From contig CDROCS010005425.1 in NCBI GenBank assembly GCA_977020255.1, positions 62,001 to 126,000 of the forward strand: a stretch of 64,000 nucleotides of DNA, written 5' to 3'. The notes under the pieces were generated by a model that saw only the letters and a program-made list of their open reading frames with translations, was not told where the DNA came from and did no database searches. Every line of letters begins with the position of its first letter. Within the stretch, counting starts at the first letter, position 1. A program made the position numbers and the translations under genes. Shown here piece by piece: positions 53,087-63,198 of this stretch. Origin of the DNA: Obrimoposthia wandeli (taxonomy: Eukaryota).

Positions 53087-53584
53087 ATGACTTGTTGTGA
53101 TAAAGCGAGTTATAACGAAGATCTTGAGAATTTACCATCGTTTGCATCAAGCTCAGATGTAATGGAACTAGATGATTTGGACTTTTTGCTATCAATTAAT
53201 CTTGACGATGATCTGACTTTATCATACTCTGATATGGAAAGAAACATTCACAGTGATATAATTAAAACTGAAACAATTCCGAATTCTGATAATTCACTTA
53301 CTAATGTGCCTGATAACATTCTCCTTGATCTTCCTATAAAACATCTGAATAGTATTTTTAAAAACTCCAAATGTAACCTTAAAGAATTGAAACGTAAACG
53401 AAGAACTCTGAAGAACCGTCTATATGCTCGAGAAAGTCGGACGCGGAAGCAAACACAGCGTGCAGAAGTGCAAACCACTTCTGAACAGTACAAGACTGAG
53501 ATCGAAAAGCTCTATGCTCAGATGAATCGACTGAGAATGGAACGCGATCACTATAGACACCTCTACAACACAAGGATGCAGTAA
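53087..53584 (+). CDS. Maf: Maf-family bZIP transcription factor (divergent)
   Basis: DNILLDLPIKHLN (Maf extended homology region, cf. DEELVSMSVRELN) plus LKRKRRTLKNRLYA (Maf RRTLKNRGYA) and ERDHYR. Acidic N-terminus. The ATG directly follows a ttttag acceptor, so an upstream exon is likely. Confidence 0.88.
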   Translation: MTCCDKASYNEDLENLPSFASSSDVMELDDLDFLLSINLDDDLTLSYSDMERNIHSDIIKTETIPNSDNSLTNVPDNILLDLPIKHLNSIFKNSKCNLKELKRKRRTLKNRLYARESRTRKQTQRAEVQTTSEQYKTEIEKLYAQMNRLRMERDHYRHLYNTRMQ

Positions 53585-55217
53585 ATCAGACGATTTGCTT
53601 CCTATTTGTCGATGCTCAAACTCTCGAAAAAACCACTAGAATTTATCCAATTTCCTTTAAACATTTTTCCTAAGTTTATATTTGGAGAAGTTTGTGAATT
53701 TGTACATATCAATTCAGATATTTCTAATACTGTTTCGGGATTTTGAAAGTCGGCTCATTGGAACTAACTCGCTCTTGATCGATCAGCGGCAACACCAACA
53801 AATCACCAGAAAGACCACTGCATCAGCTAAACTCGATATTCAACTCGCCTGCATTTAAACCTAAATAAATTCTCTCTTAACCCACACCGAAGTGAGCGTG
53901 TTGCGACAATTTCGTGCGCAGCTTCTCGGGGAAGAGAGGGAAATTATTTTTCAACTATCAATTTTAAAATATGTTGCAAGAGATTCTTTTGTGAGAGAAA
54001 AACGGCAGAAATACATGACGCAGAAATACAATATATATTACAAAAAAAGGCGCAACCAATTTTAGCACCAGTCACAGTTTTATATAAACGCCTTTTAGAG
54101 ATTAAATAACGCCTTTTGTTTATATTTTTACTTTGATTTTAAATAGTCTACGACTCTGTTTTTAGTTTTTATGTCACTGTGTTTCTCTTACACGAGTACT
54201 TTCTTATGCAACATTGATATCAAACTTAATTAATGTCAGATTTATACTATTGTACACTGTCCTGAGTGCCGCCGCGGTTTCGGGTGCAATCTCTCTTAAC
54301 CCTGCGGCACTCGGTATTTAACTCGATTTGATAAGATTCCAATATTGTACCATTTATTTTTCGATTCTTTGTCGCCTTGTTTTTCTGTAACATTATTTTG
54401 CTTACTGAATAAATCGATTACGGCATTGAACTCTACTTGTTCTGTAAGTCAGCTGTTGTACTGCACACCGCTACTCACACTGACGTAAACTCTACATTTC
54501 TCTGTCTCAAAATGACTGTCAGAAAATGACCTTGCAGTGTACTTGAACTTAAATATGTCTGCGTGTGTGTGTGCTTCACCAAAAGAGACTTAAGTGGTTT
54601 TTGTAGTCGACAGAGTCATATTTCATTTGACTACATTTATTTGGAAAATTGAATAAGAAAGTACATAATTATATAACGCAAATGTAAGTATTAATTTGGT
54701 TCCTGAACAATACGTATTCATTTACACGAACTTGACTACAAACAAATTTAAATATGAAGCGGAGTATTGAGGAAATGACACAAAAATCACAATAGAACAA
54801 AACCAAACTTTGTAAGTCATGGGTAAAAAGTTTGATAGTCTATATTTCCCTTTCACACTAGATGGGTATTAAACGTCTCATACTGCTAAATAAAGGGTAA
54901 ACCCTAAAGCAAGATTTAAATCAATAATATAAATATTTTAGAATTAAAAAATCCAGATTTTTATCAACCATCACTGACTATTTTATCATATTAATACATA
55001 TTTCACTTTATTAAAACAAAGCAGTCATGGATATCATATTTCGAATCCCAAGCCTATAAAACCCCAAAGAATCAAGGGTTAATACACTTTCTAGTCGTCA
55101 GTTGAGTCATGGTATAGAAGCATTTCCATTAAAAATACAAAATAAGTAAATATTAAATATAAAGGTAAATATTAAAAAGGTTATTACTCAAAAATTTCAA
55201 TTTTAAAATATGTTGCA

Positions 55218-56200
55218 AGTAGGTAGAAGGATGGAGTCTAAGCCATTTGACCCCCCTGTGTGCGCACACCAAGTTAAAGGGTGGTGTGCGCACACCAAAT
55301 TAAAGGGTGTCACACCATAAGGGTGTCTTGCCACACCATAAGGGTATATGTTGCCTCACCATAGGGGTGTCACACCATAAGGGTATATGTTGCCTTACCA
55401 TAGGGGTGTCACACCATAAGGGTATATGTTGACTCACCATAAGGGTGTCTTGCCACACCATAAGGGTCTGGCTCAGAAAGTTTATGATAGGGGGGAGGGG
55501 GGAAGGGTCAAGTGGCTTAGTCTCCAACCTTCTTTGGTATACCACTATGGTCGTCCATAAATCAAAGGGTCGGACTCAGTTTTGACTTGAAGGTTTTAAG
55601 GTATGGTCATGACCGTCTATGGTTGGCCATCACATCTAAAGGGTTGTGGTCGTCCATAAATCAAAGGGTCAAGGTCAGTTTTGACTTGAAACTTTGAAGG
55701 TATAATTAAGGTCAACTATGGTTGGCCATCACATCTAAAGGGTTGTGGTCGTCCATAAATCAAAGGGTCAAGGTCAGTTTTGACTTGAAACTTTGAAGGT
55801 ATAATTAAGGTCAACTATGGTTGGCCATCACATCTAATGGGTTGTGGTCGTCCATAGGTCAAAGGGTCGGGCTAAAAATTTTTATTTTTTTTTAAATATC
55901 AAGGTTTTAGTACATGGTTGGAATCATCTTTGGAAGGTGAATTCAGTCATAAAGTATGGTCGGTCATATATGAAGGGGTCGGGATATAGACCAAATCAAG
56001 TTTTAAATGTCAAAGTTTGAATACATGGTTGTAATCATCTTTATAAGACGAATTCATCCATATAGGTATGGTCGTCCATAGATGAAGGGTTAAAAAAAGT
56101 TGGAATTTCATAGTTTCAAGTACATGGTTGTATTCGTCAGCATATTACGAGTTTATTCATGTAAAAATTGTATGGTCGTTCACAAGTTAAGGGTCAGATT
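55218..56200 (+). repeat. Polinton terminal repeat, copy 1
   Basis: Starts AGTAGGTAGAAGGATGGAG. Contains short gtgtcacaccataagg-type units, a G-run and about 99-bp subterminal repeats; homologous to 63402-64000. Confidence 0.85.
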
Positions 56201-56839
56201 TGTCATAAATTAAGAAATTATATAGTATTCAATCAATTATTCTATGTGAAAGTTCACTATTAAAAGTTAAGGAATGTATTACGTAATCATACACATGTTG
56301 GGGTTTCTATACGAGACTTGTACAGATCCTCTTGTGTGCGGAGGGCCCCAACGTGAGTTCTAATAGAAGCAGGTCTTAAAGTTGGTCGTGGCCTACTTAG
56401 TGCTATGGTTGCCTGTCTCGATTACTTATCTGAAGGTGTTTGTTTTGACGTCTCTTAATCTGAAGGGTTTAAAAACCACGTTTTCTAATGTAGGAAATCG
56501 TTTATTGGTAACACACTAGACTAAAACACAACAATACGTTTATGTACGTATCTTCTAAAAAGTATAGTAAAAATTCCTAAGACTTCTGTAAGTCTCTACA
56601 CGAGTGGGTATGAACCACGTATCGATTTTACTTAGGTGTAGTTAGTTTGTTTGGGTCTTCCTAGTATTTTGGGGGGTTTCCTAGTATTTTGGTGATTACA
56701 CAAAATCAAAGTTTGCTCTAAATTAGAGAGTCTTTCTAATAGCTGGCGGTTACAACTTTCTCTAATTTATGGAGAATTTCCTTTGAATATAACTTTACTT
56801 TAATTCAAATTTCGTCTCAACTCGCTCGTAAACACTTTC

Positions 56840-57332
56840 AAAAACTCAAGATAATTTTAATTCAAATTTCGTCTCAAAAACTCAAGATAATTTTAATTCA
56901 AATTTCGTCTCAAAAACTCAAGATAATTCTAATTCAAATTTCGTCTCAAAAACTCAAGATAATTTTAATTCAAATTTCGTCTCAAAAACTCAAGATAATT
57001 CTAATTCAAATTTCGTCTCAAAAACTCAAGATAATTTTAATTCAAATTTCGTCTCAAAACTCAAGATAATTTTAATTCAAATTTCGTCTCAAAAACTCAA
57101 GATAATTTTAATTCAAATTTCGTCTCAAAAACCCAAGATAATTTTAATTCAAATTTCGTCTCAAAAACTCAAGATAATTTTAATTCAAATTTCGTCTCAA
57201 AAACTCAAGATAATTTTAATTCAAATTTCGTCTCAAAAACTCAAGATAATTTTAATTCAAATTTCGTCTCAAAAACTCAAGATAATTTTAATTCAAATTT
57301 CGTCTCAAAAACTCAAGATAATTTTAATTCAA
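56840..57332. repeat. 36-bp minisatellite, about 13 copies
   Basis: Unit aattcaaatttcgtctcaaaaactcaagataatttt. Confidence 0.97.
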
Positions 57333-57369
57333 TATGGGTAATTTTACGATTTGCGGTAATTATACCTTT

Positions 57370-57640
57370 AATTTCTGGTAGCTGGAGATAATGCTGTTAG
57401 TTACTGGATTTCTGGTAGCTGTAGATAATGCTGCTAGTTACTGGAGAGGATTTCTGGTAGCTGTAGATAATGCTGCTAGTTACTGGAGAGGATTTCTGGT
57501 AGCTGTAGATAATGCTGCTAGTTACTGGAGAGGATTTCTGGTAGCTGTAGATAATGCTGCTAGTTACTGGAGAGGATTTCTGGTAGCTGTAGATAATGCT
57601 CTAGTTACTGGATTTCTGGTAGCTGTAGATAATGCTGCCA
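57370..57640. repeat. 42-bp minisatellite, about 6-7 copies
   Basis: Unit gatttctggtagctgtagataatgctgctagttactggagag. Confidence 0.95.
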
Positions 57641-58264
57641 ATTACGGGAGATTTGATTCCAATTCGGAGGGAGTCGCTGCCCGATCTGGTTCGAAGTGCT
57701 GTTAGTTGTTTTTTCTTCCAATTCACTGTGTTGACTTATATAGTCAATTTGAGGCGATTTGCACCTGGCCCTTGAACGTCAGTTAATAATTTGGCTAAAA
57801 AATAATATGCCTACTTTGCTGACTGTCAATCTTCTTTTCTGCTGACTTTGCTGTTTTCTTGATTAATTTTCTTTTTTCTCTTTTCTTAATTAACTTCTTT
57901 TTTTGCTGACAGTGCTATTTATTTTTGCACTTTTACTAGTTAATTTTAACCTTATATATAACACATTATACACGACCTTCGTGGTCCTCTTAATATTTAT
58001 TCCTATTTTAGTCCTAATAATTTAACTTGATTTTAAAATTAAAATTAATTTAATTCTCAACCTTGCTTTCAAGTATTTTTATTTTACTATAAAACAATTA
58101 TTTATTTTTAATTTTACTCAAAACCTAATCTTAACACACACACTATTCTATGTGAAAATTTAGATCAAAGTTTTTTCCAGGCTTATGCATCTAAAGAAAT
58201 ATGGTAAAATTTATTTAAATAACATAAATTATATATTAAAATAAAATATCCTTAATAAATATAT

Positions 58265-58718
58265 TTATATACAATTTACATAATCAATACATAGAGAAAA
58301 ACATTTCAAATAAGCACAATGTTTTCCGTGTTTTCTAAACGGACATCGAATATTTTTGTGGCATTTTCTTTAAATTTTTGAAACTTTTATTATAATTCAC
58401 AATTCTCAAATTTGGAAACATTCGTTTCACTAAATTAATTTTCTTTCCATCAATAGAATCCATAACATAGAATATTGTTTCAACATCATCAATATGAATA
58501 TCAGAGCTTTCACCTTCAAACCAGGATAACTGATGATGATGATTTATCAAATATAGATTTTTTCTTTTAACTGTAAATGATAAACTACTCCATGGTATTT
58601 GATTTTTAAACACGTAATGAAATGGACAAGTCATATCATTCACATACATTATACATAATTCCTTTGGAATATATTCTCCATTATTATCAATAAAACATTC
58701 TAAATCAATAAAAGCCAT
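58265..58718 (-). pseudogene. Polinton-associated DEDD-exonuclease-like protein, frameshifted near 3' end
   Basis: N-terminal FIDLECF (DxE ExoI-like), PKELCI and HHQLSWFEG. An alternative frame continues KCHKNIRCPFRKHGKHCAYLKCFSLCIDYVNCI* after a shift in an A-run near 58365. Confidence 0.5.
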
Positions 58719-58769
58719 TTGAAAAAATAAAATGAAATACTATAATGATATATTTGTTTATACTTAAAA

Positions 58770-59108
58770 TTATTTGTGTTGAAGTTTCAACCATAAAAGA
58801 CTCAGAGGTCCGCAGTTTATAGTTAATGGATTCTGACATTTAACTCGATTATAGTAGACTGGAATGTTTTCTTTTTCAAGTGTAGACACCAACTTTGAAG
58901 GATAATAGAATCCAAAAGGATCAAACACTCGAATCTCGAATCTGTCAACGAATATTGCTATCCAATGTTCGCCTGGTAGATTTGAAGTATGAGTATTGAT
59001 AATGTAGCCTCCGGGTTTTAATGATGGAATTTTATCCAATGAATATACTCCATTAAATTTGTTATTCAATAATATTTTTCCGGATTTATAAATTTCTAAA
59101 GTACTAAT
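58770..59108 (-). CDS. Adenain-like cysteine protease (Polinton PRO); ATG apparently mutated to ATT
   Basis: NTHTSNLPGEHWIA (His), FDPFG (Asp), CQNPLTINCG (Gln/Cys). The frame is open upstream to ATT-AGT-ACT-TTA-GAA-ATT (cf. MNTLEI) at 59108. Confidence 0.9.
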   Translation of the reverse strand: MSTLEIYKSGKILLNNKFNGVYSLDKIPSLKPGGYIINTHTSNLPGEHWIAIFVDRFEIRVFDPFGFYYPSKLVSTLEKENIPVYYNRVKCQNPLTINCGPLSLLWLKLQHK

Positions 59109-59142
59109 TTAAATAAAGAATATAATATACAATAAGCTTACT

Positions 59143-60363
59143 TCATACAATCACAGTTTTATTTTTCGTAATCTGAATTTCAGAATCAAATATTCCGTAA
59201 ATCAAAACACTTGTTGGAACAACCAAAGGAGAATTAAATCTAATTTCAAGTCTTAAATTACCAGTTTTAGGCACTTGAGTAGTGTTTATATCAAAATCTG
59301 GTGCTAATAGAAAAGTGAAAATCGAACTTCCTGATTTAAAATCAGAAAATCTGATACCATTATTCAAGTTTTTATCTAAAATATTCATATTTCGAATAAT
59401 TGACTGCATATATGCTAATGAAAAATTGTTATTATCTAGATTATAAGTTTCTCGATAATCTGTATTTCTAGCTAATGATATTGTTGAAACATTAAATGTA
59501 TTGAACGTAGAAGATTTAACTTTGTATTCCTTACCACCCTGAGGTGTATCTTTGAAAGCAATCAAAATGAACTTGGGTAAACGATAGTCTCCGAATATTT
59601 GATCTTTATTATGTTCCAAAGAACCCTGAGGAATTGAATATGTTACTAACTGAGTTTTTCTAATTGGGTAAACTGCATTCTGACTTTGCAAACCTAACTG
59701 ATGTCCAATCATTACTGAAGAATCAACTTTTACTCTTCTAACATACAATCTAGCATCTACAATTTGAATAATTGGTTTTGAAGTTTCTGAATAGAGCGAA
59801 AGATTATGCTGATTTCTCATAAATCTCAAATGAACATTAATCCCTGGAATCAAATATTTTGGTTGATCAAAAAAATCTAATCTAATTGAATTACACAATG
59901 AAAATATTTTAGATTCACTAATCCATTGTTTACGATCTTTTGCATCATCATCATACCCGGAACATTCAAGGTTAGTATACTTGGTATCACTACTAAAATT
60001 CAAAAGAGTATCGAATATAGCCTTATGAGTATACGTTCCATTTCCTCCTTCAACCTTTACATTATTAAGTGTTAGAATAACATCTCTAAACAAAGTTTGA
60101 AACATGTAATTCTCTGGAGTTACATCGTTATCTTTCATTAAATCAGTACCATCTTCATTTACAACTTTTAATTTAATATTTAACAAAGTATCATTCAAAT
60201 CCAGATAATCTTCTTCAGATGCATGAATATTAAATTCTATGTCATTTAAATTTCCACCAGTAATTGAATTGATTGGAAATATTTCTTCAAAACTTGAATT
60301 TTCAATCACTACTTGAGGTAGTGGTCTATCGAAAATACACAATTCAGATTTTATACTAGTCAT
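59143..60363 (-). CDS. Polinton major capsid protein (double jelly-roll, PY/hexon-like), intact 406 aa
   Basis: KSELCIF...IEFNI...DYLDLNDTLLNIKLKVV, DFFDQPKYLIPGINVHLRF, ARLYVRRVKV and GNLRLEIRF match the Polinton MCP pattern as recalled. Confidence 0.92.
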   Translation of the reverse strand: MTSIKSELCIFDRPLPQVVIENSSFEEIFPINSITGGNLNDIEFNIHASEEDYLDLNDTLLNIKLKVVNEDGTDLMKDNDVTPENYMFQTLFRDVILTLNNVKVEGGNGTYTHKAIFDTLLNFSSDTKYTNLECSGYDDDAKDRKQWISESKIFSLCNSIRLDFFDQPKYLIPGINVHLRFMRNQHNLSLYSETSKPIIQIVDARLYVRRVKVDSSVMIGHQLGLQSQNAVYPIRKTQLVTYSIPQGSLEHNKDQIFGDYRLPKFILIAFKDTPQGGKEYKVKSSTFNTFNVSTISLARNTDYRETYNLDNNNFSLAYMQSIIRNMNILDKNLNNGIRFSDFKSGSSIFTFLLAPDFDINTTQVPKTGNLRLEIRFNSPLVVPTSVLIYGIFDSEIQITKNKTVIV

Positions 60364-60760
60364 TTTTGGAAAATAGTACCTTTAAGACGTTTGTTTATAC
60401 TATTTAAATGATTTCTTTTTACGTTTAAGACCCTTTCCATTTTGTTCAACACAATTTGCGACTTTATTTAAACTCTCAACAGCATTATTTTTTAATTTTG
60501 GAATCAAAGTTTTGCCTTCTTTGATTGTATTTTCTTTGAGAGTTGAAATTAAGTTTTTGGATTTGTTAACGCAGTTCCTCCCGTTTCGCCAATTGCATTG
60601 GCAGCACTTGTAGCTGCTGATAAACCAGCTTTTTAATAAATGGAATAGCTAATCTAGAAATAGTTTGAAACCAACCAGATCCATATTGCTTACCAATGAA
60701 ATAAGGAAGTTCACCGCCCTGTTGACTTTTGCTATAAAATTTTATAATTGATGTATTCAT
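60362..60760 (-). pseudogene. Small conserved Polinton core/membrane-lytic-like protein, frameshifted
   Basis: QQGGELPYFIGKQYGSGWFQTISRLAIPFIKK (conserved QxGG.LP.F.G..Q.GxG amphipathic motif). Continues after A-run frameshifts as AGLSAATSAANAIG...EQNGKGLKRKKK. Confidence 0.65.
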
Positions 60761-60788
60761 TTTTATATTTTAAATATATTTATATTGT

Positions 60789-61802
60789 TTATACTTTACG
60801 TAAATGAAGAGTTAAACTAGTTTTTGCTCCATATGAAAATGGAATTAAATTACCAGAATCATCAAGTATATTTACCTCGATTCTATTAATACTTGAATCT
60901 CTCATTTTCAAGTACATTGGATTATCAATTTTAACATTTACTACATCTCCATATCGATATTTTAATGATTTTAACCAAATAGACTTTAACAGTGGAACAT
61001 AATCAGATCCTACTAAGACAGAATCTGTTAAACTAGTATAAATATACATTTGATTATATGAGCTAGAAAGTGTTGGTTCTTGAAAACCTTTAATTCGTTT
61101 CTCAAAGAAAACATTATTTAAACCTAATAAAGATGCAAGTTTTTCGTCAAATAAAACTGATTTTACATTTTTCTTTATTAAAATATCAAATTATCCGTTT
61201 GAATCTATATTACAGCTTTTAAAAATCGCATTACATTTACTGGCTATAATATTACATAATGAAGAACTATCTTGTATCAAATAATTTTGATTAAATTTTA
61301 TTTCATATTCATATTCAGCTAAAGAATAAATTGTAATTCTCATTTTAGCATGAATATTTTTATTTATGTCAACAATTTCATCACTTGTTATAACATGACT
61401 AGAAATTTTTTGTATTTCATTAAAACCTATAATTTTTGATTCTTCTAAAGATTCGAATTTTAACAACATTCGATGAATACTGTTAATTGTACTTATTTCT
61501 AATTTTTGATCCTTTGTAATTTTGAAATTGAAAACATTATTTAAATTATTAAAAATTAATCCATTTAAAATTGCAAAAGATACATCGAAAGTTTTCATTT
61601 CTATCTTTTCTGTTTTATAAAGTATTTTTGAATTAGTTTGTATTGTTAAAGGAGTATAATTAAATACAAATTCAGTCAAGGCAACCTCCCATTCACCATC
61701 TAAATTTAGAGAGTTTTCCCAATCTACAGTAAATTGATTGGCTGTATTGTTAGGTTGAGTACTTGGACAACTATTACTAGGTAAAATAATATATTTTGAC
61801 AT
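60789..61802 (-). pseudogene. Polinton minor capsid protein (penton, PX) split by one nonsense codon
   Basis: YIILPSNS...LDGEWEVALTE and YIYTSL...VGSDYVPLL...IEVNILDDSG...LHLRK. The two ORFs are in the same frame, separated only by TAA at 61191-61193. Confidence 0.9.
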
Positions 61803-62591
61803 TATTCAATTTGAGAAGCAAATATCCAAGAAGGTTCAGAGTATCCGTGCCACTTTACGTAATATTGTTTATTCTTACCACGACCTTTAGTTTCTAAAAT
61901 TTCTTGTATTCGATATAGTTTAGGTTTATCAATTAATTGTAACTCTTGTTTATAAAATTTTCCTTTGATGATGACGTTATCAATATCTTTTAAAATATAC
62001 ATTATTGGATTTTGTTTATAATTAATATCATGAATTTGAAAAACCTCATAACTCCAATTTTGATTAAAATTTTTAATAAATGGACTTGTACTTATTTTTG
62101 ATATTCGAACATAATCATCAATTTTATATTTAGATTTAACTTTCTTTTCTTTTGGATTTTGTTTCAACCAAATTTCAAATGCATTTTTATTATTTGCATC
62201 TACAGGTTTTAAACCATCTAAACCTCTATGTTTAGAATTATTATAAGCATAAATAATTTTTGGTAATACATTCACCCGATTTTGATTTAATACCAACTGC
62301 CCTTGCAAAACGACTAAATACATCAATACAAGTTAAAATATACTTGAATCCGTTATTTACTGAAGAATAAGGTATCATTTCCATTAAATCCATCTGCCAT
62401 AAGGAATTAATATCATTAGTTTTATATGATCTAGTAGGAAATTTACGTCTTAAAGGTTTATTCAAACTATATGATAATTCATTTCTTAACCATTTTTGTG
62501 TGTTTGTTTTTGATTGTTTGACTCTTTTTGTCAATTTTTCTAACCCTGTATACCCGTCTGGATCTTCTGGATTGTTCCAAATCTTTTCCAT
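61802..62591 (-). pseudogene. Polinton retroviral-like integrase with chromodomain, catalytic core deleted
   Basis: WQMDLMEM...YILTCIDVFSRFA, then a frameshifted join to VLPKIIYAYNNSKHR...VRISK...WSYEVF and chromodomain QYYVKWHGYSEPSWI. Confidence 0.92.
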
Positions 62592-62921
62592 TGCAGCATG
62601 AAGAATTAAAATTTATAAATAAGTTAGACAACTTTGTATTGTTTATCCCCATTATCATAAAAGTTAAATATATTTTAATCTGTTTATATGTTTGTATAAA
62701 ACGAAATAATGTAATTATTTAATATTATTATTATAATTTTCGTTATTAAGGCAACTATCATAATTAAATAGGCACAATTCAATTGTAACAATTGAGATAA
62801 TTATATTATTATCAATAATTGAAATTACATAATAGGATATCTATTATAAATTGAAATGTTAAATTAAATATAATTTACTATTTTGTTATTTTTCTTTAAT
62901 TTAAATAAATCAAGACTCAAA

Positions 62922-63198
62922 ATGAATACGTGAGTTTATTATATATATATATATATATTTTTTTAATTATGATTTATATTTAGATTTAATTGCCAAATAT
63001 GTCAAACAGGACCAATGAATAATAAATATTCAATGGATGCTCATATGCAGAGTAAGAAACATAAAAAGTAATTTTTTTTTCCTTTTTAAAATTAATTTTA
63101 ATATTGTTTTTAGACTAGCAGCCGCGGTAATGATTCCTACATCAGCATCAACAACAATGGTTCCTGGTACATCGGGAGAATCTACTTCAACATTTAAT
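62922..63198 (+). CDS. Small spliced gene encoding a U1/matrin-type C2H2 zinc finger (exons 62922-62929, 62984-63067, 63114-63198; last exon uncertain)
   Basis: GT-AG introns of 54 and 46 bp with consistent phases give MNTFNCQICQTGPMNNKYSMDAHMQSKKHKKLAAAVMIPTSASTTMVPGTSGESTSTFN (C-x2-C-x13-H-x5-H, SKKH). Third donor gtaagt at 63199. Confidence 0.75.

Noticed and set aside
53870-55085. piggyBac-like TTAACCC/GGGTTAA ends and a 9-bp stem at 54263-54314
   Set aside because: Similarity does not extend beyond 7-9 bp, so no element can be delimited.
56840-57332. 36-bp direct repeats resembling a CRISPR array
   Set aside because: The units are contiguous with no spacers, the context is eukaryotic, and there are no cas genes.
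57391-57705. 104-aa plus-strand ORF (GFLVAVDNAASYWR repeats)
   Set aside because: It is the translation of the 42-bp minisatellite, opposite to the element's coding strand.
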